A stretch of DNA of 64,000 nucleotides, taken from a virus. Lineage: Duplodnaviria > Caudoviricetes. A program made the translations under genes and the position numbers. The DNA lies in IMG/VR virus record IMGVR_UViG_3300037424_001256, positions 24,033-88,032 of that record; one strand, given 5' to 3'. How positions within the stretch are numbered: position 1 is the first letter of the stretch; each line of letters starts with the position of its first letter. A model generated the notes under the pieces. It made no database searches and was not told the origin of the DNA. It saw nothing but the letters and a program-made list of their open reading frames with translations. Shown in pieces: positions 9,660 to 18,603 of the stretch.

Positions 9660-10705
9660 AATTAATTGAAATTGATGGAAAATTTATATCAAATAATTCA
9701 ATTTATACTATTGTAGAGTCCGGGATAAACCACAACGGTAGCATACAAACTGCTTACCAAATGATTGAAGTTGCGAAGGAATCTGGAGCAGATGCAATAA
9801 AATTCCAGACATTCAGGGCAGATGAATTTTGCGATAAAGAATCTTATCTATATCCAATTTTCAAAAAGTGTGAAATAAGATCGGATCATTGGCAGTATAT
9901 CAAAGAAAGGTGCGATTTATTTAAAATAACATTTCTCTCAACCCCCCAGAACTTTTCGGACCTTGAAATTTTATTGGGTTGTGGTGTTAAGGCAATTAAA
10001 ATAGGATCTGATGATTTGACCAATGTTTCATTAATCAGGAAATATTCAGAAACTAAATTACCGATAATACTATCTTGCGGTATGGCTGATGAGTCGGAAA
10101 TTAATATTGCAACTGAAACAATTAGGGAGTATGAGAGACACTATCCTTTGATATTAATGCATTGCACGTCATCTTATCCCACGTTTCCCAAAGATGTAAA
10201 CATGAGGAAGTTAATTAGAATGGGAGTAAAGTATCCCGAAATGATACTTGGGTATTCTGACCACACATATGGACATATAGCTAGTGTCCTTGCGGTAGCA
10301 TATGGTGCAAGAGTATTTGAAACACACTTTACGCTGGATAATAACTATATAGGACCAGATCATGAATTTAGTAAAAATCCAAAAGCACTGAAGATATGGG
10401 TCAATTCTATACGTGAAGCTTATGATATGCTTGGTAACAGTGATTTAAGGCCAACTAAGCAAGAAGAAGATATGAGGATTGTTGCGAGAAGAACTATAAC
10501 TGCAATTAAAGATATCAGAAAGGGTGATATCTTCACTGATAAAAATATCGGTATGATGCGTCCTGCTGTTGGCTTACCATCATTGTATCTTCCGGTATTT
10601 TTGAATGCCGAAGCAGGGAGAGATATTGATATAGGGGAAAAATTGCGAAAAGAAGATATTGCATACCAAAAAATGATGAATAATCCAAAGCATTTCTCTG
10701 AGTGA
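9656..10705 (+). CDS. NeuB/PseI/SpsE-family nonulosonate synthase 2
   Basis: ESGINHNG, GADAIKFQTF, KIGSDDL, HCTSSYP, GYSDHT, ETHFTLD, MRPAVG. Confidence 0.9.
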   Translation: MKLIEIDGKFISNNSIYTIVESGINHNGSIQTAYQMIEVAKESGADAIKFQTFRADEFCDKESYLYPIFKKCEIRSDHWQYIKERCDLFKITFLSTPQNFSDLEILLGCGVKAIKIGSDDLTNVSLIRKYSETKLPIILSCGMADESEINIATETIREYERHYPLILMHCTSSYPTFPKDVNMRKLIRMGVKYPEMILGYSDHTYGHIASVLAVAYGARVFETHFTLDNNYIGPDHEFSKNPKALKIWVNSIREAYDMLGNSDLRPTKQEEDMRIVARRTITAIKDIRKGDIFTDKNIGMMRPAVGLPSLYLPVFLNAEAGRDIDIGEKLRKEDIAYQKMMNNPKHFSE

Positions 10706-10721
10706 AAAGAGGGATAAGTTA

Positions 10722-11438
10722 ATGATTCTCGTAGATCATCAAACTTCTTATTTACCATGGCTTGGGTTTTTTCATAGATTATCTTTGGCAGATAAGTATA
10801 TTAATTTTGATCAAGTTCAATACTCACCGCGTAATTGGATAAATCGAAACAGGATTAAGGTTAAGGATAGGTTCCAGTGGCTTACTATACCTATTTTGTC
10901 TTCTGGACATCGAGGTAAAGTCGTTGCTGATATGGAGATAAATAACCAGACAAGATGGCGAGAAAAACATTGGGGAACGATCCAACATGCATATAAAAAA
11001 TCACCATACTTTAATGAATACGCTGGTTTTTTTGAAGATCTTTATAAAATGGAATGGCAATATCTCATAGACATAAATGAATACATGCTTAAGTGGTTCG
11101 TAAAAACATTAGGCATAACGATAGAGTTGGATGATGCTGTAAATTATAAGTTTATAGGATCTAAAAGTGATCTTATTTTAGATATGTGCAAACAGTTGAA
11201 TACGGATATCTATATATTTGGTGGAGAAGGTAAAAATTACGCAGATATTAAATCTTTCGAGAAGGAAAATATTAAAACTTATTTCCAAGAGTATAAGCAT
11301 CCTGAATACAATCAAAGATTCGGTAAATTTATTCCAAATTTGAGTATTATAGATCTGTTATTCAATGAGGGTCCGAAATCACTTGAAATAATAAAAAATG
11401 GTAACGTTACAAAAGAAACTTTAATGGAGATGATTTAA
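10722..11438 (+). CDS. WbqC-like protein
   Basis: HQTSYLPWLGFF, DQVQY...WINRNRI, Y.Q.F..FIPNLSIIDLLFNEGP. Confidence 0.9.
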   Translation: MILVDHQTSYLPWLGFFHRLSLADKYINFDQVQYSPRNWINRNRIKVKDRFQWLTIPILSSGHRGKVVADMEINNQTRWREKHWGTIQHAYKKSPYFNEYAGFFEDLYKMEWQYLIDINEYMLKWFVKTLGITIELDDAVNYKFIGSKSDLILDMCKQLNTDIYIFGGEGKNYADIKSFEKENIKTYFQEYKHPEYNQRFGKFIPNLSIIDLLFNEGPKSLEIIKNGNVTKETLMEMI

Positions 11439-12112
11439 TGTTCTCTGAGGCATGGGAGGGAAGGTTTTCCCAAGGAAAAAGCCATTCATTGTTTCCTTGG
11501 ACGGATTTAATATCTTATATTTCCAAGTATAGAAAAATAGAAAGGGGGGATAAGGTATTAGAACTTGGTCCGGGTGTTGGGGCCAATATCCCATATTTCT
11601 TATCAAGGGGTGCTGAATACTATGCTATTGAGGGTAGTAAAACTGCAGTATCAGAAATTATCAAGAGGTTCCCAGAACTTAAGGATAGGATAGTGGTAGG
11701 AGATTTTACGGAAGCTATTCCGTTTCCAGATAAATTCAAATTGGTAATTGATAGGGGTTCAATTACCCACAATTCTACCGTAGGGATACAAAAAGCATTA
11801 AAGATGGTTCACGATAAACTAGATAATGATGGAAAATATTTCGGAATAGATTGGTTTTCATGGTTTCACGGAGAAAGACCAAGGGGTAAAAATGAAGATG
11901 ATATTTACACCTACTCATTTGAAGATGGGAAACTCGAAGGTCATGGCAAGGTTCATTTCAGCACAAAAAGTCATTTATTTGAAATGTTTATCGATGCAGA
12001 TATCAGAATTGAGGTATTACATCATAAGACTATTCAAGGAAAGCTGATTAGTGATGATCCTGAAAATATTCAAGCAACATGGAATGTAGTGGGTAGAAAA
12101 ATGAAAGCTTGA
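11438..12112 (+). CDS. Class I SAM-dependent methyltransferase
   Basis: VLELGPGVGAN, IEGS, VIDRGSITH. Confidence 0.85.
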   Translation: MFSEAWEGRFSQGKSHSLFPWTDLISYISKYRKIERGDKVLELGPGVGANIPYFLSRGAEYYAIEGSKTAVSEIIKRFPELKDRIVVGDFTEAIPFPDKFKLVIDRGSITHNSTVGIQKALKMVHDKLDNDGKYFGIDWFSWFHGERPRGKNEDDIYTYSFEDGKLEGHGKVHFSTKSHLFEMFIDADIRIEVLHHKTIQGKLISDDPENIQATWNVVGRKMKA

Positions 12113-12122
12113 GGAATTAAAT

Positions 12123-12821
12123 ATGAAATCCATGGCTATTATACCTGCAAGAAGTGGGTCAAAAAGACTTCCCGGCAAAAACCTTTGTAAGATAAATGAC
12201 AAAACTCTTCTTGAGTATGCAATAGAAGCAAGTTTGAGTAGCGCTATTTTCTCGGACATAATTGTAACTAGTAATGATCCAGAACTTCTAGATTTGGTAG
12301 CTACTAAGTTTGGCGATAAAGTTCTCTATCACTTGAGGCCGTCCAGTTTAAGTCAAGACGATAGCATGTTAAAGACTCTATTAAAATATCTTATTGAATT
12401 ATATGAAAATGAATCAAAAAACTTGGACTTGGTTATGGCTTTAATTTTGCCTACTTCTCCATTGCGAACTTCAGAAGATATCAGATCTGCGTCAGCGCTC
12501 ATGAAGAAAAACTTTGAAAATATTAATGGAGTCATGAGTGTTTCAAGATTAAGATATCCTCCACAACACAGTTTATTAGTAGATAAAGATGGGTTTGTTC
12601 AACTTATGCACCCAGAGTATGTGGATATACAGAGTCAAAATTTAGAACCAGCATATATCCATGATGGATCTATCATCATCGTAAAGCCTAAACAGTTTCT
12701 CAAGTATGGGGATTTTTATATGCCGGGAATTATTCCATTTTATATCGACGAAAATAGGGCAATTGATATAAATACAGAGTTTGATTTGAAATTAGCCAGA
12801 TATTTGATGAAGGAGAAGTGA
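12123..12821 (+). CDS. CMP-nonulosonate synthetase (NeuA/PseF-like cytidylyltransferase)
   Basis: AIIPARSGSKRLPGKN, PTSPLR, IDINTEFD. Confidence 0.9.
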   Translation: MKSMAIIPARSGSKRLPGKNLCKINDKTLLEYAIEASLSSAIFSDIIVTSNDPELLDLVATKFGDKVLYHLRPSSLSQDDSMLKTLLKYLIELYENESKNLDLVMALILPTSPLRTSEDIRSASALMKKNFENINGVMSVSRLRYPPQHSLLVDKDGFVQLMHPEYVDIQSQNLEPAYIHDGSIIIVKPKQFLKYGDFYMPGIIPFYIDENRAIDINTEFDLKLARYLMKEK

Positions 12822-12837
12822 AGATGGACGGTGATAC

Positions 12838-13542
12838 ATGACTAAGATTTTGGTGGTTTGCGCTCACCCAGATGATGAAGTTCTCGGATGTGGTGGCATG
12901 TTAGCAAGATTAACTAGGATTGATAAGCAAGAAGTCTTTATTGGGTATCTTAGTTATGGACTTACATCTCGGATTAATACCCCGGAACTTGATGAAGTGG
13001 AAAAGGAAAGAGTCAAGGAAAAAAGTAGAAAAGCTATTGAAGTATTAACAGGTTTACCAAGGCCAATCATTAAAAAGAATCTCAGATTCGCAAATTATCC
13101 AGACAATATGTTTGATAGCGTCCCATTGTTGCAGATTACAAAGGTTATCGAAGGTTGGGTTGATGAAATTAAGCCAGATGTTATATTTACTCATTCCAAT
13201 AAAGATCTAAACATAGATCATAGGATTACGCATGGTGCCGTATTGACAGCTACAAGACCAATTCATGGTGAGCACATAGTCAAAACGATCTATTCTTTTC
13301 AAATTCCCTCAAGCACAGAATGGTCATTTGGTAATTATGGAAAATTTAATCCGAATGTTTTCTTGAATGTAACAGGGTTCCTGCACAACAAACAAGAGGC
13401 TCTAGAATGTTACGATACCGAGGTGAGGGAATTTCCACATCCACGTAACTTATTGGCGATATATTACTCAGCTCATCTAGCTGGTTCTGTAGTAGGAATG
13501 GCTGAAGCTGAAGCGTTTGAGTTAATCAGGGGGTTAATTTAA
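12838..13542 (+). CDS. PIG-L/LmbE-family deacetylase
   Basis: VCAHPDDEVLGCGG, DLNIDHRIT, AEAFELIR. Confidence 0.9.
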   Translation: MTKILVVCAHPDDEVLGCGGMLARLTRIDKQEVFIGYLSYGLTSRINTPELDEVEKERVKEKSRKAIEVLTGLPRPIIKKNLRFANYPDNMFDSVPLLQITKVIEGWVDEIKPDVIFTHSNKDLNIDHRITHGAVLTATRPIHGEHIVKTIYSFQIPSSTEWSFGNYGKFNPNVFLNVTGFLHNKQEALECYDTEVREFPHPRNLLAIYYSAHLAGSVVGMAEAEAFELIRGLI

Positions 13543-13669
13543 TAATTAGTGGGGCGACTCTAGGGATCGTGCTGCTTCCGCACTCACTATTCCGAGTAAC
13601 TAGGGGAGTTGCAGACGCATAAGGGGCGAAGAGCGTCATTGATAAAATAGTTTATAAGGGTGATAAACT

Positions 13670-15020
13670 TTGAAAGATTTAATATCAAACTTAAGTAGGT
13701 TAAGTAAAGAGCAGAAAGCAAAGTTCATAGAAAGCTTGAGCCCTGAAGAACTTATAAACATTGCCTACGATTGGGAGGGGGTGTTCGCTCGTCCCAGCCA
13801 ATTAGAACCAGCCGGGGATTGGACCTATTGGTTGATCCTAGCTGGTCGTGGCTGGGGTTAGCTAACCTATAGGCAAAACTAAAACTGCTGGCGAATGGAT
13901 AAGAAAAAGAATATATACAGGAGAAAGCAGACATCTTGCGTTAATTGCTCCAAGGGCAGCAGATATCCGGGATGTTATGATAGAAGGGCCAAGTGGCTTG
14001 CTTAATTGTTTCGAGCCAAGTCATAGACCAATTTACGAACCTTCAAAGAGAAGAGTAACATTTCATACTGGAGCTACGGCAATAACTTATTCCGGTGATG
14101 AACCAGATCAATTGCGCGGCCCCAATATAGACTCATTTTGGGTCGATGAGTTGGCGGCGTGTAGGTTGCAGAAAGAGATCATGGAAATGCTTGCCTTTTG
14201 CTTGAGAATTGGTTCTAATCCAAGAGGTATAATTACCACAACTCCAAAACCAACAGTCACCGTTAAGGGGTTGGTAAGACAAAAAAATGTAGTAGTAACA
14301 AGAGGTTCAACTTTTGAAAACAGGGATAACTTATCACCTGTTTTTTTTGACTCCATTATTGGAAAGTACGAAAATACGCGTATTGGCAGACAAGAGTTGA
14401 TGGGTGAAATACTGGAAGATAACCCAAAAGCTCTTTGGAAGAGTAGCGAAATAGACCAGCATAGGGTAAGTAAAGCACCTATCTTTAGAAGAATTGTTAT
14501 TGGCGTTGATCCAGCGATTAGCGCAAATAAAAAGTCTGACGAAACAGGAATTGTTGCAGTTGCAAAAGGAGTGGATGATCATTTCTACGTCTTAGATGAT
14601 CATTCTTGCAAGGAAACTCCCTCTAAGTGGGGTAAGGCTATCTGCAATCTATATGATAAATGGGAGGCAGACAAAGTTATTGGAGAGGTTAATCAGGGTG
14701 GAGATATGGTTTCTTATGTCATCAAGAACATTGATCCTTTGATTAACTTCAAATCAGTCCGGGCAACAAGAGGTAAGAAACTTAGAGCTGAGCCTGTAGC
14801 TAGCCTCTACGAATCTGGAAAAGTTCACCATTTAGGAGTATTTCCAGAACTTGAAACACAAATGGTAGAGTGGAATCCAGAGGAAGATACAGGATCTCCC
14901 GATAGAATAGATGCCTTATGTTGGGCAATTTGGGAATTGATGGATCTTAAAAAGAAGGGCATAGGTAAATACAATCCTAGTGGAATAACTGATTTCAAAA
15001 GAGAAAGTCCAAATATGTAG
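13670..15020 (+). CDS. terL: Terminase large subunit interrupted by a 16-nt insertion (13859-13874) in Walker A
   Basis: Part 1 ends LILAGRGWG-TAG; the frame resumes at 13875 as KTKTAGEW, through Walker B 'WVDELAA' and nuclease 'GVDPA...DRIDA'; joined product about 444 aa. Confidence 0.85.
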
Positions 15021-15047
15021 GAAAAATCATAAGAATATTACTGTAAT

Positions 15048-15272
15048 GTGGAGGTGAGAAAAGTGGAACAGTTATTAGAACACTGGAAACAGATGGTTTT
15101 TATAGTTAATCAGGAACAACGAATCGAGAAAGAGTGTCAGTATAATGGCATAGATTTTAATGTTGTTATGCAATTAGCTGATTCGACTCACTGGAGCTTA
15201 CAGAAAACATTTGATTTTTGCCTTCGGAATAAGGAGGCGATGCAAGAATGGCCTTGCCAAAAGATCCTATAA
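15048..15272 (+). CDS. Hypothetical protein
   Basis: ORF between terL and portal. Confidence 0.4.
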   Translation: MEVRKVEQLLEHWKQMVFIVNQEQRIEKECQYNGIDFNVVMQLADSTHWSLQKTFDFCLRNKEAMQEWPCQKIL

Positions 15273-16561
15273 AACCAAATAAGAAAATTAGTCCTCAGAT
15301 AGCTACAAAAGAGCTTGGCAGAACTGGCCTAATAGAATATTCGGGATTTGTTTACGAGGAACAATTAAAGCAATTATCCAGTTATCAGACAAGAATAAGA
15401 ATTTACCGGGAAATGTCTGAGAATGATAGTGTAATTGGTTCCATTTTATTCGTCATTGATATGTTGATTAGGCAAGTATTATGGAGAGTTCAAGCTGGGG
15501 GCTCAAGTGCTGAAGATCAAGAAGCAAAAGAATTTCTAGAGAGTTGTCTGCTGGATATGTCTTCCACTTGGGAAGATACCATTTCTGAAATCATGTCCTT
15601 TCTTGTCTACGGTTATTCTTACCATGAAATAGTTTATAAAAGGAGGATGGGAAATAGTTTAGATCCTACAAAAAATAGTAGATTTAATGATGGTCGAATA
15701 GGTTGGAGAAAATTGCCCATAAGAGCACAAGATACATTATGGCGCTGGAACCTTGATGAACATGGTGGTATTCACGGCATGGTTCAACAAGCTCCACCAG
15801 ATTATAGCCTCAGGGAAATACCTATGGAAAAAGCACTTCTTTTTAGGACTGGAATTCATAAAGGAAATCCTGAAGGTAGATCAATATTAAGAACAAGCTA
15901 TCGTACATGGTATATAAAAAAACGTATTGAAACTTATGAAGCTATCGGCGTGGAGAGAGAATTAGCTGGTTATCCAGTTTGTTATGTTCCGGTAGAGTGG
16001 ACAGATGAGAATGCTACTCCGGGGGAAAAGCAAGCATATCAACAAATGAAAAATTTAGTAACCAATATCAGGAGAGATGAACAAGAGGGAGCGGTACTAC
16101 CTTCTATCTATGATGAGCAAAATAATCAGTTGGTAAAACTTGAACTATTAACTTCTGGTGGTAGGCGTACTTTTGATACCAATCAAATTATTAATAGATT
16201 AGATCAGCGTCTTGCTATGACGGTTATGGCAGATTTTATATTACTTGGTATTTTGCCAAATGGTTCCTATGCACTAAGCGCCGATAAATCAAAATTATTC
16301 AGTATAGCTCTAGGGACATGGCTTGACTCTATAGCAGCTACTTTTAATCGGTATGCTATTCCAAGACTATTTGAATTAAATAATTTTAATGTTGATAAAT
16401 TACCCACGCTGGAACATGGAGACATTCAACATAATGATCTAAAAGAGCTTGGTAATTATATTTCTAAATTAGCTGGTGCTGGAGCGCCACTATTCCCAGA
16501 TAATGAACTCGAAGATTTCTTAAAGAAAACAGCAGGATTACCTGTTACACCTAGAGATTAA
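15248..16561 (+). CDS. Portal protein (DUF935/Mu gp29-like)
   Basis: Size, position after terL; NPEGRSILR, GVERELAGYP, GSYAL motifs. Confidence 0.85.
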   Translation: MALPKDPIKPNKKISPQIATKELGRTGLIEYSGFVYEEQLKQLSSYQTRIRIYREMSENDSVIGSILFVIDMLIRQVLWRVQAGGSSAEDQEAKEFLESCLLDMSSTWEDTISEIMSFLVYGYSYHEIVYKRRMGNSLDPTKNSRFNDGRIGWRKLPIRAQDTLWRWNLDEHGGIHGMVQQAPPDYSLREIPMEKALLFRTGIHKGNPEGRSILRTSYRTWYIKKRIETYEAIGVERELAGYPVCYVPVEWTDENATPGEKQAYQQMKNLVTNIRRDEQEGAVLPSIYDEQNNQLVKLELLTSGGRRTFDTNQIINRLDQRLAMTVMADFILLGILPNGSYALSADKSKLFSIALGTWLDSIAATFNRYAIPRLFELNNFNVDKLPTLEHGDIQHNDLKELGNYISKLAGAGAPLFPDNELEDFLKKTAGLPVTPRD

Positions 16562-16582
16562 TAGCCATGAGGGGGAAATTTC

Positions 16583-16873
16583 ATGGGTTTCAAGGGTTTC
16601 AGTAATACGAAAACGAGAACTATAGCTGAAGCTTACTTTATCATCGAAAACGAAGCTACTATAAGAGCAACAGCATCTGCTTTTGGGGTTAGTAAGAGTA
16701 CGGTCCACCGCGATATAAGGACTCATCTCGAAGATCTCGATCTAGTTCTTTACAATAAAGTGAGAGATATCATTAGCTTAAATTTAGCAGAACGACATAT
16801 CAGGGGTGGTCAGGCTACAAAGCTTAAAAAGTTCAAAGAGTCATCTACTAAAAGTCTTGAGAGGAGATCTTGA
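16583..16873 (+). CDS. spoIIID: SpoIIID-like transcriptional regulator
   Basis: TIRATASAFGVSKSTVHRD...NLAERHIRGGQATK closely matches SpoIIID. Confidence 0.85.
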   Translation: MGFKGFSNTKTRTIAEAYFIIENEATIRATASAFGVSKSTVHRDIRTHLEDLDLVLYNKVRDIISLNLAERHIRGGQATKLKKFKESSTKSLERRS

Positions 16874-17081
16874 CACCTTGAATGGAGGAAATTTAGAATA
16901 TCTAAAGAAAGAACCAATTATACATCCAAGTACCATAAACCTCAAAGCTGTAAGATGTCCGATTTGTAATCATCTACTTGGTTTTGTAGATGGAAGATCA
17001 CAAATTAAATGCCACAAGTGTAAGTACCTACACTTGTCAGATGATACTAGAGTAGCGCCGACTACCAATGCATTGATTTAA
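16806..17081 (+). CDS. Com-like Zn-ribbon protein (start uncertain)
   Basis: VRCPICNHLLG...IKCHKCK. Confidence 0.6.
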   Translation: MVRLQSLKSSKSHLLKVLRGDLDTLNGGNLEYLKKEPIIHPSTINLKAVRCPICNHLLGFVDGRSQIKCHKCKYLHLSDDTRVAPTTNALI

Positions 17082-17117
17082 TAAAGTGCATTTGGTTAGT
17101 CGGCGCTTTTTATTTTT
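17054..17117 (+). terminator. Long hairpin plus T-tract upstream of the protease gene
   Basis: AGCGCCGACTACCAATGCA...TGCATTTGGTTAGTCGGCGCT-TTTT. Confidence 0.6.
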
Positions 17118-17135
17118 GAGAGAGAGGAGAGATGA

Positions 17136-18599
17136 GTGATGCATGTTCAGGAGTATTTAGATGTAGTCTTAGATACTCTCAAAAAATTTATTCCAAAAGA
17201 AACATTTGATAAAATTAATGAAATAGCAGTTCCAGAGGAGATCATAAAGGGAGTGACACCTTTTAGGGATCTCCCACTTGCTGATAGAGAGATGGAGTGG
17301 GATGGATCACAGGCAGATAAAAATATTAGGGAATGGGCCGGGGGCGATGATAAGGAAAATATAAATTGGAGTAAGTATAGCCAAGGGTTCTTATGGGTTG
17401 ATGATGAAAATAAGGAATCTTTTGGTGGATATAAGTTTCCAATTGCTAATGTAATTGAAGGTAAATTAACAGCAATACCGAGAGGAATATTCGCTTCTGC
17501 AGGAGTTCTCAATGGTGCCATGTTAGAGGGAGGAGTATCCCAGATAAATGTTCCAAGTGAAGATATACAAGGTATGAAAAATCACGTTGACCGTTATTAT
17601 GCAAAAATGAGAGAAACTTGGGATGATGATAAATTAGTTAGTCCATTCAAAAAGGAAACAGATATTGTTGAAAAAATAAATGATCGAGTGCGAATGGTGA
17701 AGAGTTCAGGTAAGCCAAATTCTGAAATAGCATTTGTCGGAGCTTCACCGGGAAAGATTGAATACTTAAGAGGTGAAGCGTTTGTTGGACCATGTGGAGA
17801 AACATTCAATGAATCATACATTAAGCCATTAGGATTAAGTCGTGAAGATGTATTTCTAACAAATGCTGTCCCTACGCTATTGATTGATGACTTCGGAAAT
17901 GTCAGGGAGCCAACAGATATTGAGGTCGGGGATTGGCATGGATGGTTGGATGGTGAATTAGAAAGAGCTAATCCAAAAGTAATAGTGGCCTTGGGTCAAA
18001 AGGCAAAAAAAGCCCTTGGAGAAGATGTTGATTTTGTCTTACCACACCCTATGGCAATCCGAAGATTTAGTGATTCTGGTGAAGTAGGTAGAAAACTGAA
18101 ACAGATAAAGCTTAAACTAGACGAAATTAATAAGGGATTGCCAAGTGTAGGTGATGTTCATATAGATTCCACTAATTGGAAAAGACCTAAGAGAAACAAA
18201 TCTAGTATCCAAAAAGATGAAATTATCTATGCCGATATAATCAAGGCCGATATAGAAAAGAAACTTGTATATGGCATAGTTTTAGAGCCGGGAAGTGTCG
18301 ATGCTCAGAATGACACAATAAGCGCAGATGAGATAGAAAGATCTGCACATATGTATTTAAGGGATTCCAGAGTTGTTGGAGAGTCACACAAGGGTAAAGC
18401 TGGAGCAAATGTCGTGGAGAGTTATATTGCTCCTGTAGACTTTACTCTTGGTGGTCAAAACGTGTCTAAGGGAACATGGATAATGGTCGCTAAAATCAAT
18501 GATGAAAAACTTTGGAATGACACGAAAGACAAAAAATTCAATGGTTTTTCGATAGGGGGATTTTCTAGGAGAATCCCAGTAGATAAACCAGTCAGCTAA
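17136..18599 (+). CDS. Multidomain head-maturation protein: N-terminal domain, UDG family-4-like domain, XkdF-like putative prohead protease
   Basis: IAFVGASPG...FVGPCG...DVFLTNAV...PKVIVALG...LPHP (UDG-like); KKLVYGIVLEP...VVESYIAP...GTW...FNGFSIGG (XkdF-like). Confidence 0.75.
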   Translation: MMHVQEYLDVVLDTLKKFIPKETFDKINEIAVPEEIIKGVTPFRDLPLADREMEWDGSQADKNIREWAGGDDKENINWSKYSQGFLWVDDENKESFGGYKFPIANVIEGKLTAIPRGIFASAGVLNGAMLEGGVSQINVPSEDIQGMKNHVDRYYAKMRETWDDDKLVSPFKKETDIVEKINDRVRMVKSSGKPNSEIAFVGASPGKIEYLRGEAFVGPCGETFNESYIKPLGLSREDVFLTNAVPTLLIDDFGNVREPTDIEVGDWHGWLDGELERANPKVIVALGQKAKKALGEDVDFVLPHPMAIRRFSDSGEVGRKLKQIKLKLDEINKGLPSVGDVHIDSTNWKRPKRNKSSIQKDEIIYADIIKADIEKKLVYGIVLEPGSVDAQNDTISADEIERSAHMYLRDSRVVGESHKGKAGANVVESYIAPVDFTLGGQNVSKGTWIMVAKINDEKLWNDTKDKKFNGFSIGGFSRRIPVDKPVS

Positions 18600-18603
18600 G
18601 GGG

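Noticed and set aside
13670-13861. Independent 63-aa gene plus a separate 347-aa terminase
   Set aside because: The break falls inside Walker A (GRGWG/KT), so neither part alone could form the ATPase site.
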